From Nageia nagi (taxonomy: Eukaryota; Plantae; Pinophyta), in the NCBI GenBank assembly GCA_050084985.1, contig JBITNC010000001.1, positions 53,072,001 to 53,136,000 of the forward strand: a stretch of DNA of 64,000 nucleotides, given 5' to 3'. Positions within the stretch are counted from its first letter, which is position 1, and every line of letters begins with the position of its first letter. This document shows, one piece after another, positions 51,336 through 61,163 of the stretch. The notes under the pieces are model-generated. The model was not told where the DNA came from, did not search any database, and saw only the letters and a list, made by a program, of their open reading frames with translations. The translations under genes were made by a program, and so were the position numbers.

Positions 51336-54300
51336 TGTAATGTCCCAAAATTCTTTGTATTTCATTTTCATTGCAATTTCTAGATCTAGGAGTACTTTAC
51401 ACTTTTGGCATTTATCAAAAGAAAAGAAAAAAAATGTAAAGAATTGTATTTGGAATCATTATCCATGTTCAAGTCGGCAAAACCACTTGGAAATCTAGTT
51501 TTCTCTTCCAAGGCTGGTCGGCTGGCTTTTATGGAGACATTTAGTGGCTATTTAAGCAAAAACATTTCTCATTTTCAATGGATCATCCAATCAAATTCTG
51601 ATATCTGCTTTTCTTGAGTTAGGGATGTGCCCTTCTCATCCTTCTTTGGCCTAGGGATGCGCCCAACAGCCTTAGAAGTGGCATTTTGAAGAATTTGTGA
51701 GGAGACTCATATTTTGGATGCCCTAAATATTGTTACAGGAATGTTACAGAATTGTTACAGAAATAACAGTCTTATTACTTGCGTATTGAAGATTTGATCT
51801 CATATACTCATTGTTCTTGTTATCTACTCTTGAATGAATGATTCTATGGTCTCTTTCATGCGATTTAATTCCTATATTACTGCTGTTATAAGATCAGAAT
51901 TCTGTCATCATTATTAAATAATAAAAGTGCTGTTATAGTTGGAGTTTGAAGTCAAAGATAGCATGTAACAGATCTAGTTTTTATGCCCAAAAATCTTGAG
52001 TAATAATTGGGATATTTCAGTGGTATCAGAGCTGGTCTCTTGCCAGCCTGTGAGGGAGTCTATGCACCATTACTACACAAGAAAAAGTAAGAAGGATTCG
52101 CAGCGAACAGCAGATCCAAACTTCGAAAAACAAGTAGTTGAAAAAATCAAAGGCATGGAAGAACCACCAAATGAGCTCAAGACAATGGTAGACCTACTAA
52201 CTCAGTTGGTCAAAAAAATAGATGGGCTCTCCAAACCCCAAACGCAGCCACAACAAGAGGAAACAGTTAGGACACTAGCGAATGACCAAGGGAGTGAAAG
52301 ATCAGTTCGTTATGGTCATCCTCCTTTGCCTAGACCTTCAAGACCCATGTTCGTGCCAAAACAAGGAACTGATCAAGGTTTGGCAACTGAAGAAATGGAG
52401 ATATACTTCGCTGATTACCAAGGTAAGTCTACTGAATTTAAAGACTCAGTTTCTTTTGAGAGCTATCTAAGTATTTTGGGAAAGAAGATTGGTAGAAATA
52501 GCAAGTATTATGATAATAAGCATTTTCAAAAGATGCAAGTTCCTATGTTCAATGGCAAGAATATGATAGCTAGAGCATGGTTACAAAAGTTGCAAACCTA
52601 CTTCACTCTTTGTCCTATAGCCGAAGAAGATGCAATCCAATTTGCCACTATTTACCTTGAAGAAGCTGCATATGATTGGTGGCATCATGGCCTCACAACA
52701 CAAGGACATGAAGAAATTATTACCTTTGATGAATTTAGTCAAAGAGTCTTGGATAGATTTGAAAAGAAAGATGAAGAAGAGTACTTTAGGGAGCTGGCCA
52801 CATTACAACAAACAACAACTGTTGAAGCATATATTGAAGAATTTCAGAAGATTTCAGTTATGGTGACCAATATATCTGATAGAAGGGTGTCTTTTCTTTT
52901 CATTGAAGGCTTACTAGAACCACTAAAGGGTTTGGTTAAAGCTCATGAACCACCCACATTGCAAGATGCTTTTAGGAGGGCACTAGCTCTTGAATCATCT
53001 GCTTTTCCTAGATCAAGGCCTTCTACTCTACCACCTCCTAGAGCTAACATTGCAACCCCATTTCAAAGAAGAGATATATTCCAAAGGGGAGGATCAGCTT
53101 TCCAAAGAAACCAGCCCATGGGAAAACCTACACCACATACAACTAGGGGTCCACCATCGCCACACCATGGAAGGAAATTGGATGATGAAAGAAATGAACT
53201 TAGAAGGAAGAATCTTTGTTTCAGCTGCAAGAAGCCATGGGTACCTGGTCACCGTTGTTTAGGTAAGGGGCAAATTCATTATATTGAAGTTATTTCTGAT
53301 GATGAAGCATCCGATGATGAGAATGAACTTAGTAATGAATGCACAATGGAAGATTTCACCAATGAAGGGACTGTTGTTCCAAATACAGTCACCAACACAG
53401 GAAACTTGGCTACCTTGAATAGTGCCAACCAATTTTACACCATCAAAGTACCCGGGAAAATTCTAGGGGAAAAAGTGATCACATTAATTGATGGTGGGGC
53501 AACCCATAACTTCATAGATGAGGAATTCGTGGCAAGAAAGAAACTAAAATCAGAACTCTTTGCTGGTTTTAATGTGGCTACTGGAAATGGGAACCTTGTA
53601 CCTTGCAACAAATATGTGACTAACTTGAAAATCGAGTTTGATGGGCATTCAATTGAAGAAGATTTTTATGTGTTTCCATTGGGGGGAGTACCTCAAATAG
53701 TGCTGGGAGTACAATGGCTGTTTCCCTTGGGTGATTATACTACCAACCACCAAACATTGCAATTCAAATTCAAAAATAAAGGACGCGAGGTGGTGCTGCA
53801 AGGAGTCAAAGACCACATGACCCAAAAGGTGACAAATAAAAGAATGGAGAAGATCCTCAAAAAAGGAGAATTCGTATGGGCTGTCCAAATCTTCACATTA
53901 AAAGGTATGACTCATCCATCCACTCATTTTGTTTTTCATCATTCCGGCATTCAAACTTTACTAAGCAAGCATAGTAAAATTTTCAAAGAAGTTCCCAAAG
54001 GTTTGCCACCACATAGAGGTTTCCAACATGCCATTGAACTTGAACATGGATCCAAACCCATCATGATTAACCCCTATAGGCATCCAAAGATATATAAAGA
54101 TGAAATTGAAAAGATCATAAATGAACTCTTAGCTCTAGGCCATATTCGTCCAAGTACAAGCCCATTTGCCTCATCCGTTGTATTGGCCAAAAAGAAAGAT
54201 GGAACATTGAGAATGTGCATAGATTATAGAGCCCTTAATAAAAAAACCATCAAGAATAGATACCCCATTCCTAGGGTGGATGAGCTCATGGATGAATTGC

Positions 54301-57300
54301 ATGGAGCTATGTATTTTTCCAAGATTGACCTTAGATCCGGCTATCACCAAATTAGAGTCAATGAGGAGGATGTTCACAAAACTGCCTTTAGGTGCCACTA
54401 TGGTCATTTCGAATTTTTGGTGATGCCCTTTGGTTTGACAAATGCTCCCGCCACTTTCCAATCAGCTATGAACCAAATATTCAGAGAATATTTGAGAAAA
54501 TTTGTATTAGTATTTTTTGATGACATCCTTGTCTATAGCAATTCTTGGGAAGACCATTTGAAGCATTTGGAAACAGTCCTAAGAATCTTGGAGCAAGAAG
54601 AGTTCTATGCTAAGGAATCCAAATGTGAATTTGGGTTGACTGAAATTCTCTATTTGGGACACATAATCAGTAACAAAGGGGTACAAGTGGATGAACACAA
54701 AATTGCAGCTATTCAAGAATGGCCCACACCAACCAACTTGACCCATTTGAGAGGATTCTTGGGTCTTTGCAGTTACTATAGAAGATTCATCAAGGGGTTT
54801 TCAGCCTTAGCAGCTCCATTGACCGAATTGACAAAAAAAGATGCATTTGCATGGAATGAAGAGGCCCACAAGGCTTTCACAAAATTGAAAGAGGTAATGA
54901 CCACTTGTCCACTACTTGCACTTCCAGATTTTTCCTTACCTTTCACTATTGATTGTGATGCGTCAGGCTTTGGGATAGGAGCTATTCTCATGCAAAAAGG
55001 ACAGCCAATTTGCTTTGAAAGTAGAAAACTCAAACCCAATGAAAAGGCTTTCAGTATTTATGACAAAGAAATGCTTGCCATTATGCATGCATTAGCCAAA
55101 TTTAAACAATACTTGGTATGTGGCAAGTTCATAGTAAGGACTGATCATAACAGTCTTAAATACTTTTTGGGACAGCAAGATTTGAATGAGAGACAACAAA
55201 AATGGGTAACTAAGCTTCAATCCTATGATTTTGACATTGAATTTGTAAAAGGGAAAAAGAACACAGCAGCTGATGCACTCTCAAGAACACCCTCCTTTCA
55301 CTCTACATCCATCATTATTGACGATTGGAAAGCTGCCATCATGGCTGAATATACCAAGAATGAATTAGCATCACGTCTCATAGATGGCCACTTGAAAGAT
55401 GACAGGTACAACATTAGAAAGGGACTGATTTTCTACAAAAACAGAATTTTTCTTGTGCCCAATTCAAAGTTAAAAGAGAAATTAATTGAGGCAATGCATG
55501 ACACACCAATGGCTGGTCATCCTGGCTTCTTTAAAACATATAGACAGCTGCGAGAAAGATTCACATGGAAGGGGTTGAAGGATGATGTTCTTAGACATGT
55601 AAGAGAATGTATTATTTGCCAAGAAAATAAGGGAGAGAATACATTACCAGCAGGATTGCTACAACCATTGCCCATTCCCACACAAAAATGGGAAAGTATA
55701 TCCATGGACTTCATTTCTGGTTTGCCCAAAGTACAAGGTAAAGATTGCATCTATGTGGTAGTGGACAAATTGACCAAATTTGCACATTTCTATGCCATTT
55801 CCACCTCATACACAGCAGTTCAAGTGGCTGACTTGTTCTTCAAAGAAATCTTTAGACTCCATGGCATACCTAAAAATATTGTAAGTGATAGGGACAGCAA
55901 GTTCATGAGTTTGTTTTGGCAAGAATTGTTTAAATTGTGTGGTACAATACTAACCCCAAGTACAAGTTATCATCCCCAAACTGATGGACAAACAGAAATA
56001 GTGAACAAATGGGTAGAAGGTTACCTAAGGAACTATGTTTCAGGGCAGCAACGTGCATGGATAAAATGGTTGCACTTAGGGGAGTTTTGCTACAATTCCT
56101 CATATCACATCTCCATTAAGATGTCTCCTTTTATGGCTTTGTATGGATATAATGCTCCTAACATTATTGACTTGTTGATCAATGATAGTAGGGTACCTAA
56201 AGCTAAAGACTTTGTGGAAGAAAATCAGAATATATTGAAGACCCTAAAAGATAACATCCAACTTGCACAAAACCAGCAGAAGAAATATGCTGATCAACAA
56301 AGAACAGAACGCCAATTTGAAGTTGGAGATATGGTCTACTTACGAATGCAGCCCTATAGACAGTCCACATTGAAGAAAAGTGGGAAGGAGAAGCTAAGAC
56401 CACGATTTTATGGCCCATATAAGGTCATACGCAAGGTGGGAGAAGTTGCATATGAGTTAGAGTTGCCACGCAATAGCAAGATCCACAATGTCTTTCATGT
56501 TTCATGCCTCAAAAAGGCCTTAGGACAGCATGTGGTTCCATCTACGGAGTTACCCCCACTTGATGAAGAAGGCAAGCTGATTCTTGAACCTGAAACCCTC
56601 TTGGAGACCAAGGAAAAAATCTTGAGGAATAGAGTCATCAAAGAGTACCTGATAAAATGGAAAGGCTTACCAGTTGAAGATGCTACATGGCAAGGGTCAG
56701 AGATCCTTATGCATCCAGCCTTGAATTGCTTGAGGACAAGCAATTTGGGAGGGGAGGATTTGTAATGTCCCAAAATTCTTTGTATTTCATTTTCATTGCA
56801 ATTTCTAGATCTAGGAGTACTTTACACTTTTGGCATTTATCAAAAGAAAAGAAAAAAAATGTAAAGAATTGTATTTGGAATCATTATCCATGTTCAAGTC
56901 GGCAAAACCACTTGGAAATCTAGTTTTCTCTTCCAAGGCTGGTCGGCTGGCTTTTATGGAGACATTTAGTGGCTATTTAAGCAAAAACATTTCTCATTTT
57001 CAATGGATCATCCAATCAAATTCTGATATCTGCTTTTATTGAGTTAGGGATGTGCCCTTCTCATCCTTCTTTGGCCTAGGGATGCGCCCAACAGCCTTAG
57101 AAGTGGCATTTTGAAGAATTTGTGAGGAGACTCATATTTTGGATGCCCTAAATATTGTTACAGGAATGTTACAGAATTGTTACAGAAATAACAGTCTTAT
57201 TACTTGCGTATTTAAGATTTGATCTCATATACTCATTGTTCTTGTTATCTACTCTTGAATGAATGATTCTATGGTCTCTTTCATGCGATTTAATTCCTAT

Positions 57301-57444
57301 ATTACTGCTGTTATAAGATCAGAATTCTATCATCATTATTAAATAATAAAAGTGCTGTTACAGTTGGAGTTTGAAGTCAAAGATAGCATGTAACAGATCT
57401 AGTTTTTATGCCCAAAAATCTTGAGTAATAATTGGGATATTTCA
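51336..57444 (+). mobile_element. Intact young Reina-type chromovirus (Ty3/Gypsy LTR retrotransposon)
   Basis: 684-bp LTRs at 51336-52019 and 56761-57444 with about 4 substitutions by eye. TSD TTCAT. PBS TGGTATCAGAGC at 52021-52032. PPT GGGAGGGGAGGA at about 56747-56758. One uninterrupted ORF. Confidence 0.97.
52062..56765 (+). CDS. Gag-Pol polyprotein (Gag, protease, RT, RNase H, integrase, chromodomain)
   Basis: The ORF track starts at a TTG in the LTR (51996); the first ATG after the PBS is 52062. Motifs: [84 protein letters not shown]. The stop codon lies in the first bases of the 3' LTR. Confidence 0.95.
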   Translation: MHHYYTRKSKKDSQRTADPNFEKQVVEKIKGMEEPPNELKTMVDLLTQLVKKIDGLSKPQTQPQQEETVRTLANDQGSERSVRYGHPPLPRPSRPMFVPKQGTDQGLATEEMEIYFADYQGKSTEFKDSVSFESYLSILGKKIGRNSKYYDNKHFQKMQVPMFNGKNMIARAWLQKLQTYFTLCPIAEEDAIQFATIYLEEAAYDWWHHGLTTQGHEEIITFDEFSQRVLDRFEKKDEEEYFRELATLQQTTTVEAYIEEFQKISVMVTNISDRRVSFLFIEGLLEPLKGLVKAHEPPTLQDAFRRALALESSAFPRSRPSTLPPPRANIATPFQRRDIFQRGGSAFQRNQPMGKPTPHTTRGPPSPHHGRKLDDERNELRRKNLCFSCKKPWVPGHRCLGKGQIHYIEVISDDEASDDENELSNECTMEDFTNEGTVVPNTVTNTGNLATLNSANQFYTIKVPGKILGEKVITLIDGGATHNFIDEEFVARKKLKSELFAGFNVATGNGNLVPCNKYVTNLKIEFDGHSIEEDFYVFPLGGVPQIVLGVQWLFPLGDYTTNHQTLQFKFKNKGREVVLQGVKDHMTQKVTNKRMEKILKKGEFVWAVQIFTLKGMTHPSTHFVFHHSGIQTLLSKHSKIFKEVPKGLPPHRGFQHAIELEHGSKPIMINPYRHPKIYKDEIEKIINELLALGHIRPSTSPFASSVVLAKKKDGTLRMCIDYRALNKKTIKNRYPIPRVDELMDELHGAMYFSKIDLRSGYHQIRVNEEDVHKTAFRCHYGHFEFLVMPFGLTNAPATFQSAMNQIFREYLRKFVLVFFDDILVYSNSWEDHLKHLETVLRILEQEEFYAKESKCEFGLTEILYLGHIISNKGVQVDEHKIAAIQEWPTPTNLTHLRGFLGLCSYYRRFIKGFSALAAPLTELTKKDAFAWNEEAHKAFTKLKEVMTTCPLLALPDFSLPFTIDCDASGFGIGAILMQKGQPICFESRKLKPNEKAFSIYDKEMLAIMHALAKFKQYLVCGKFIVRTDHNSLKYFLGQQDLNERQQKWVTKLQSYDFDIEFVKGKKNTAADALSRTPSFHSTSIIIDDWKAAIMAEYTKNELASRLIDGHLKDDRYNIRKGLIFYKNRIFLVPNSKLKEKLIEAMHDTPMAGHPGFFKTYRQLRERFTWKGLKDDVLRHVRECIICQENKGENTLPAGLLQPLPIPTQKWESISMDFISGLPKVQGKDCIYVVVDKLTKFAHFYAISTSYTAVQVADLFFKEIFRLHGIPKNIVSDRDSKFMSLFWQELFKLCGTILTPSTSYHPQTDGQTEIVNKWVEGYLRNYVSGQQRAWIKWLHLGEFCYNSSYHISIKMSPFMALYGYNAPNIIDLLINDSRVPKAKDFVEENQNILKTLKDNIQLAQNQQKKYADQQRTERQFEVGDMVYLRMQPYRQSTLKKSGKEKLRPRFYGPYKVIRKVGEVAYELELPRNSKIHNVFHVSCLKKALGQHVVPSTELPPLDEEGKLILEPETLLETKEKILRNRVIKEYLIKWKGLPVEDATWQGSEILMHPALNCLRTSNLGGEDL

Positions 57445-57593
57445 TTCATTTATTGTTTATGCTTGATTACAATTTATTTTCCATATTTTGGTTACTGTAA
57501 AATTACTTCAGACTGAATGTATATAACATTTGAAAGATTTGATTTTGAAGATCAATAATTTTATGCTTAGTAATATCTTCAATGACTATAATC

Positions 57594-58699
57594 CATAGTT
57601 AGCGAAATTGGTTTGGTTCCTCAAAAATCACGATTTCCACTACCAATTTTGGAGAAATGAGATGATCCGGATTGGGAATAGGATCTTGGCCAATTCTAGG
57701 CGATTCCAATTCCGATTTTGATTCCCAATTCTGGATGTCAAACTCAGTCAGAATTTTGCAATTTTTGTTTTCAAATTTTTTTTGGTCGTCTTTCATGTTG
57801 TGCACATAATTATCTTAGAATTTATTTCAATTTTTTATATGATAGGAATATATGGTCAGCATTGGGGTGAATATTTATATTTATTGAGTTATGTAAAATG
57901 TAATGTCATTCATACAAAGGACTGTTGGGCATCATGCTTTTGGGAGAAATAAAATCAATCTGTCATGTACTCCACCCCCTTTGGAAATAACTTTCAAATT
58001 AGACCTCCTACTCTAGCACCTTCCTTTTTGGCTGAATACTGAAAGAAGTTAGAATAACTCAAGGCAAAAAGCATTGTACTAGATTTGATATAAGAATAAA
58101 TATATCACGAGGTGACTTCACATATTCACCTCCATGAGTGACCTTTGGATTACACATGGACTTTTCATATGCACTTCCTTATTACTCCTAAAAATCAAGT
58201 AAATTCCTATAACCAAATTCACTAAATATAGTAAGTACTACTACTATATTATATATATTATAATCCCTAAGGATTAGGTGTCTAACAAATACAAGATGCT
58301 AACATAAACAATTTTTATGAAGTTGTCTATGTTGGACATCATGTTTTTGGGAGAAAAAAAAATTCATTAATGTGTATAAGGTTACCAATGTATATTTTGT
58401 CATTGTTCATGAGACATGAGCACATTTTTTACAGTATACATTTTGATTAGTACAAGAAAGAATATGCCCTTTACTCTTCTTAATTTATTGTATATTTTTG
58501 AATGTTCAGTAAATGTGGCAGAACTTAGAACAACTTTAATAGATAACTAATCAGTAATATGCATGAGCAAACTTAAACTTTCAATGAAAATTGCATATCT
58601 TTTCGTTATTTTTTGTTTTCTGATTTTTTTTTTGATTCCCAATTCCAAGTCCAAGAGGGCTTTGCCGATTCCGATCCGATTCTGAGATCACTAACTATG
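57594..58699. mobile_element. Non-autonomous hAT-like element
   Basis: TIRs CATAGTTAGCGA / TCACTAACTATG, subterminal (C)CGATT/GATTCC repeats at both ends, and an imperfect flanking TATAATC duplication. Confidence 0.7.
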
Positions 58700-58916
58700 C
58701 AGTATAATCTAATCCCTCGATTTGTGAATATGTGATTTGCTCATCTTCCAGAAAAACCACTAAGATTCATACTCTATATGCAACTTAGATGTCTTCTAGA
58801 AGCCTGCCTTCTTTGAGGTCCTATAATTAAGCTTAACCACTGCTAGGAAATATGAAGAGTAGCTATTCCAATAAGTATGTTTTACAATGTTGGTCCAAAG
58901 AAGCATGTTGGTTTCA

Positions 58917-59110
58917 GTTATAATTTTGATGTTACCTGTAAATAAAATACAATGAAAATCTATCTATCTTGAAAATTAAATTTGAAGAATAAATGCAGCA
59001 GACTTCTTAGCAGGTTATAATTTTGATGTTGCCTGCAAATAAAATACAATGAAAATCTAGCTATCTTTAAAATTAAATTTGAAAAATAAATGCAGCAGAC
59101 TTCTTAGCAG
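58917..59110 (+). repeat. 97-bp tandem duplication
   Basis: gttataattttgatgtt...gacttcttagcag at 58917 and 59014. Confidence 0.9.
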
Positions 59111-59450
59111 GTTAGAGAAAGTACTCTTGAATTGAATGTGAAATTATCATTATGCTTACTATTTCTGTTTGAAAGATGTTTCCATGTCTTCATTATCCAA
59201 CTGTTCAACTTATTTTCAACAATGCGAGATTTTGTAGTAGCAATAAATTCAACAAACACAAACTGCAATTTGCAAGGTTGGAAGCGGAAACTCAATTTTT
59301 TGTTCTGTCAATTCTATATCTTCAATAATACAAAGTTTCTGGCTTAGGAAATTCTAATATTATTTTTCTTAATATTTATCTTCCAGCAGAATATGAATTT
59401 TGAGATTTGAATTTTTTGAAGACTCAATATTTTGTTTTCCTTGGCAGTAG

Positions 59451-59560
59451 ATTCAGATTTAATTGCAGCTCTTTCTACTGGATTTCTTCAGAATATGTCA
59501 AACATGGGACATTGCACTTGGTTTCGGGAAAGCATGAGAATCAACTTAACAGATGAACAG
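59451..59560 (+). CDS. Host gene coding exon 4 (110 bp; alternative acceptor at 59448); the gene continues beyond the window
   Basis: ttccttggCAGTAG| acceptor and CAG|gttact donor. Reads DSDLIAALSTGFLQNMSNMGHCTWFRESMRINLTDEQ, matching the family-like C...I-x-LT-[ND]-EQ motif. Confidence 0.8.
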
Positions 59561-59779
59561 GTTACTAGCCCCTCCTTTATAAAAGCTAAATTGGGATAGA
59601 ATAAAATTTTTTAGCAAATTCTGTATTAAAAGCTTTCAAGGCTTTCATTCATGTTTATAAATAAATGTAAATGGTAGCAGTCAAATGTGTCTATTGCTAG
59701 GGGGTCCATACAGCTTGTTTGTGTAAGTGTTGGTCAGGTGGCCATAATTTAGACAATTTACAGAGGAAGCCTCAGCGGA

Positions 59780-61163
59780 CTGGAAGAAAAAGTTGAGGGG
59801 AACCTACATAGGAGCATATACAACCAATAGATAGCATACAATTTTCTCTAACAAAGTTACAAAATGAGATGATCCAAATTAAAACCCCAACACAAACTAC
59901 CAATTCTAGACCATCAAACCCTAACACCAAGCCTAGGGCATCAACATACAACACATAAACTCTCACTATACTGACGTGGGATGTTCACAAGCATGCAATC
60001 ACCCTATAATGCCAACATTGGCGCTCAAGGGCACTAATCACACTCCCAAGGCTGACGTCACCCCCTCAAGGGTTCCAATGATACTACGCACCCAACAAAT
60101 GCCCACAATGATGTAAATGCAAGTCTACAACACCAACAAATACCACAATATGGAAAACCAACCTAAATAGATGCTTCAACACTAACACATTCACAAGATC
60201 TCATACATTCATGAAATGGACACAATAACAATACATGGAGTTCTGAATACCCTTTATTGTACAATGAGGGTTTCACAATGAATTACAATGCAATATAGCT
60301 AGAAGGTTGATGTTGGCCTCAATGGAGCCAATCTAGGGTACAATACACTAATAACCACAACCCTTTGGAAATGCCGAACTGGGGATAGATCCACCTCCTC
60401 ACAACTCAAGTCCCTCTCCTACGAAGGAGTCTTCCTCAAGTCTAGATGACCACTGAAGGTAGAGATGAAGTCCTCGGAATGCCACCGGATGGATTAGGTG
60501 CTCCACCTAATCGTAGACATATCAGATCCCACTGCCAAAACGCCCTCTAGACTCCATGCCTAGGAAGTTTGCTCAGTGCTGCCAAGCCAAGGTTGCCTAG
60601 TGGATGGTAGAAGTGTAGAAGTATATTAATCAAGTGTGTCCAAATGAGAAGCTCCAATATGTATTTATAATTTCCCATGGCTTGAACCCATCTCGAAATC
60701 ATGCTTATCTCTTCTAATCCAACACTGGGCATTTGGGGGCCCCAACGGCTTAACTAGCCGTTATGTTTCCCCAATGATGCCAATGTGGGGGTCCCAGGCA
60801 CCTTTAGTGCCAATGTGGGGTCTCAGACACTTAAGTGCCAACGTGGGGTCCTAGACTCCTTCAATCCTGACATGGGGTATCTGGAAGCTCTGAGTGCCAC
60901 GTGGGGTGTGGGCCACTCTCCATCATAATGCAAGCATGCTGGTAATCATCCAATACTTGGGGACATGAATACACCTTGGGATTCCTACAATCTGGAATCT
61001 CCAATTACGTAACAAACCTACTTTATTGCTTAGGAGGGAGACGTCCCACTTGGGGCTCACAGAGGGGTCCATAAGACCTATTAAACTCCTACCCTGAGGT
61101 ACAACACAATGAATGCAAATACATGAAAACTCAATGGGTCCCATCAGGAGTACAAGGGGGACA
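59780..61163 (-). mobile_element. LTR related to 23851-25080 and 33709-35106, interrupted at its end
   Basis: Shared blocks gttggcctc..ggagccaat, cctcggaatgccaccggatg, gtcccacttggggctcaca. The left boundary is approximate. Confidence 0.7.

Noticed and set aside
51091-51617. ORFs repeated at 56687-57042
   Set aside because: Chance frames across the two LTR copies.
51996-52061. N-terminal 22 aa of the 1589-aa ORF
   Set aside because: It begins at a TTG inside the LTR and crosses the PBS. The first ATG is 52062.
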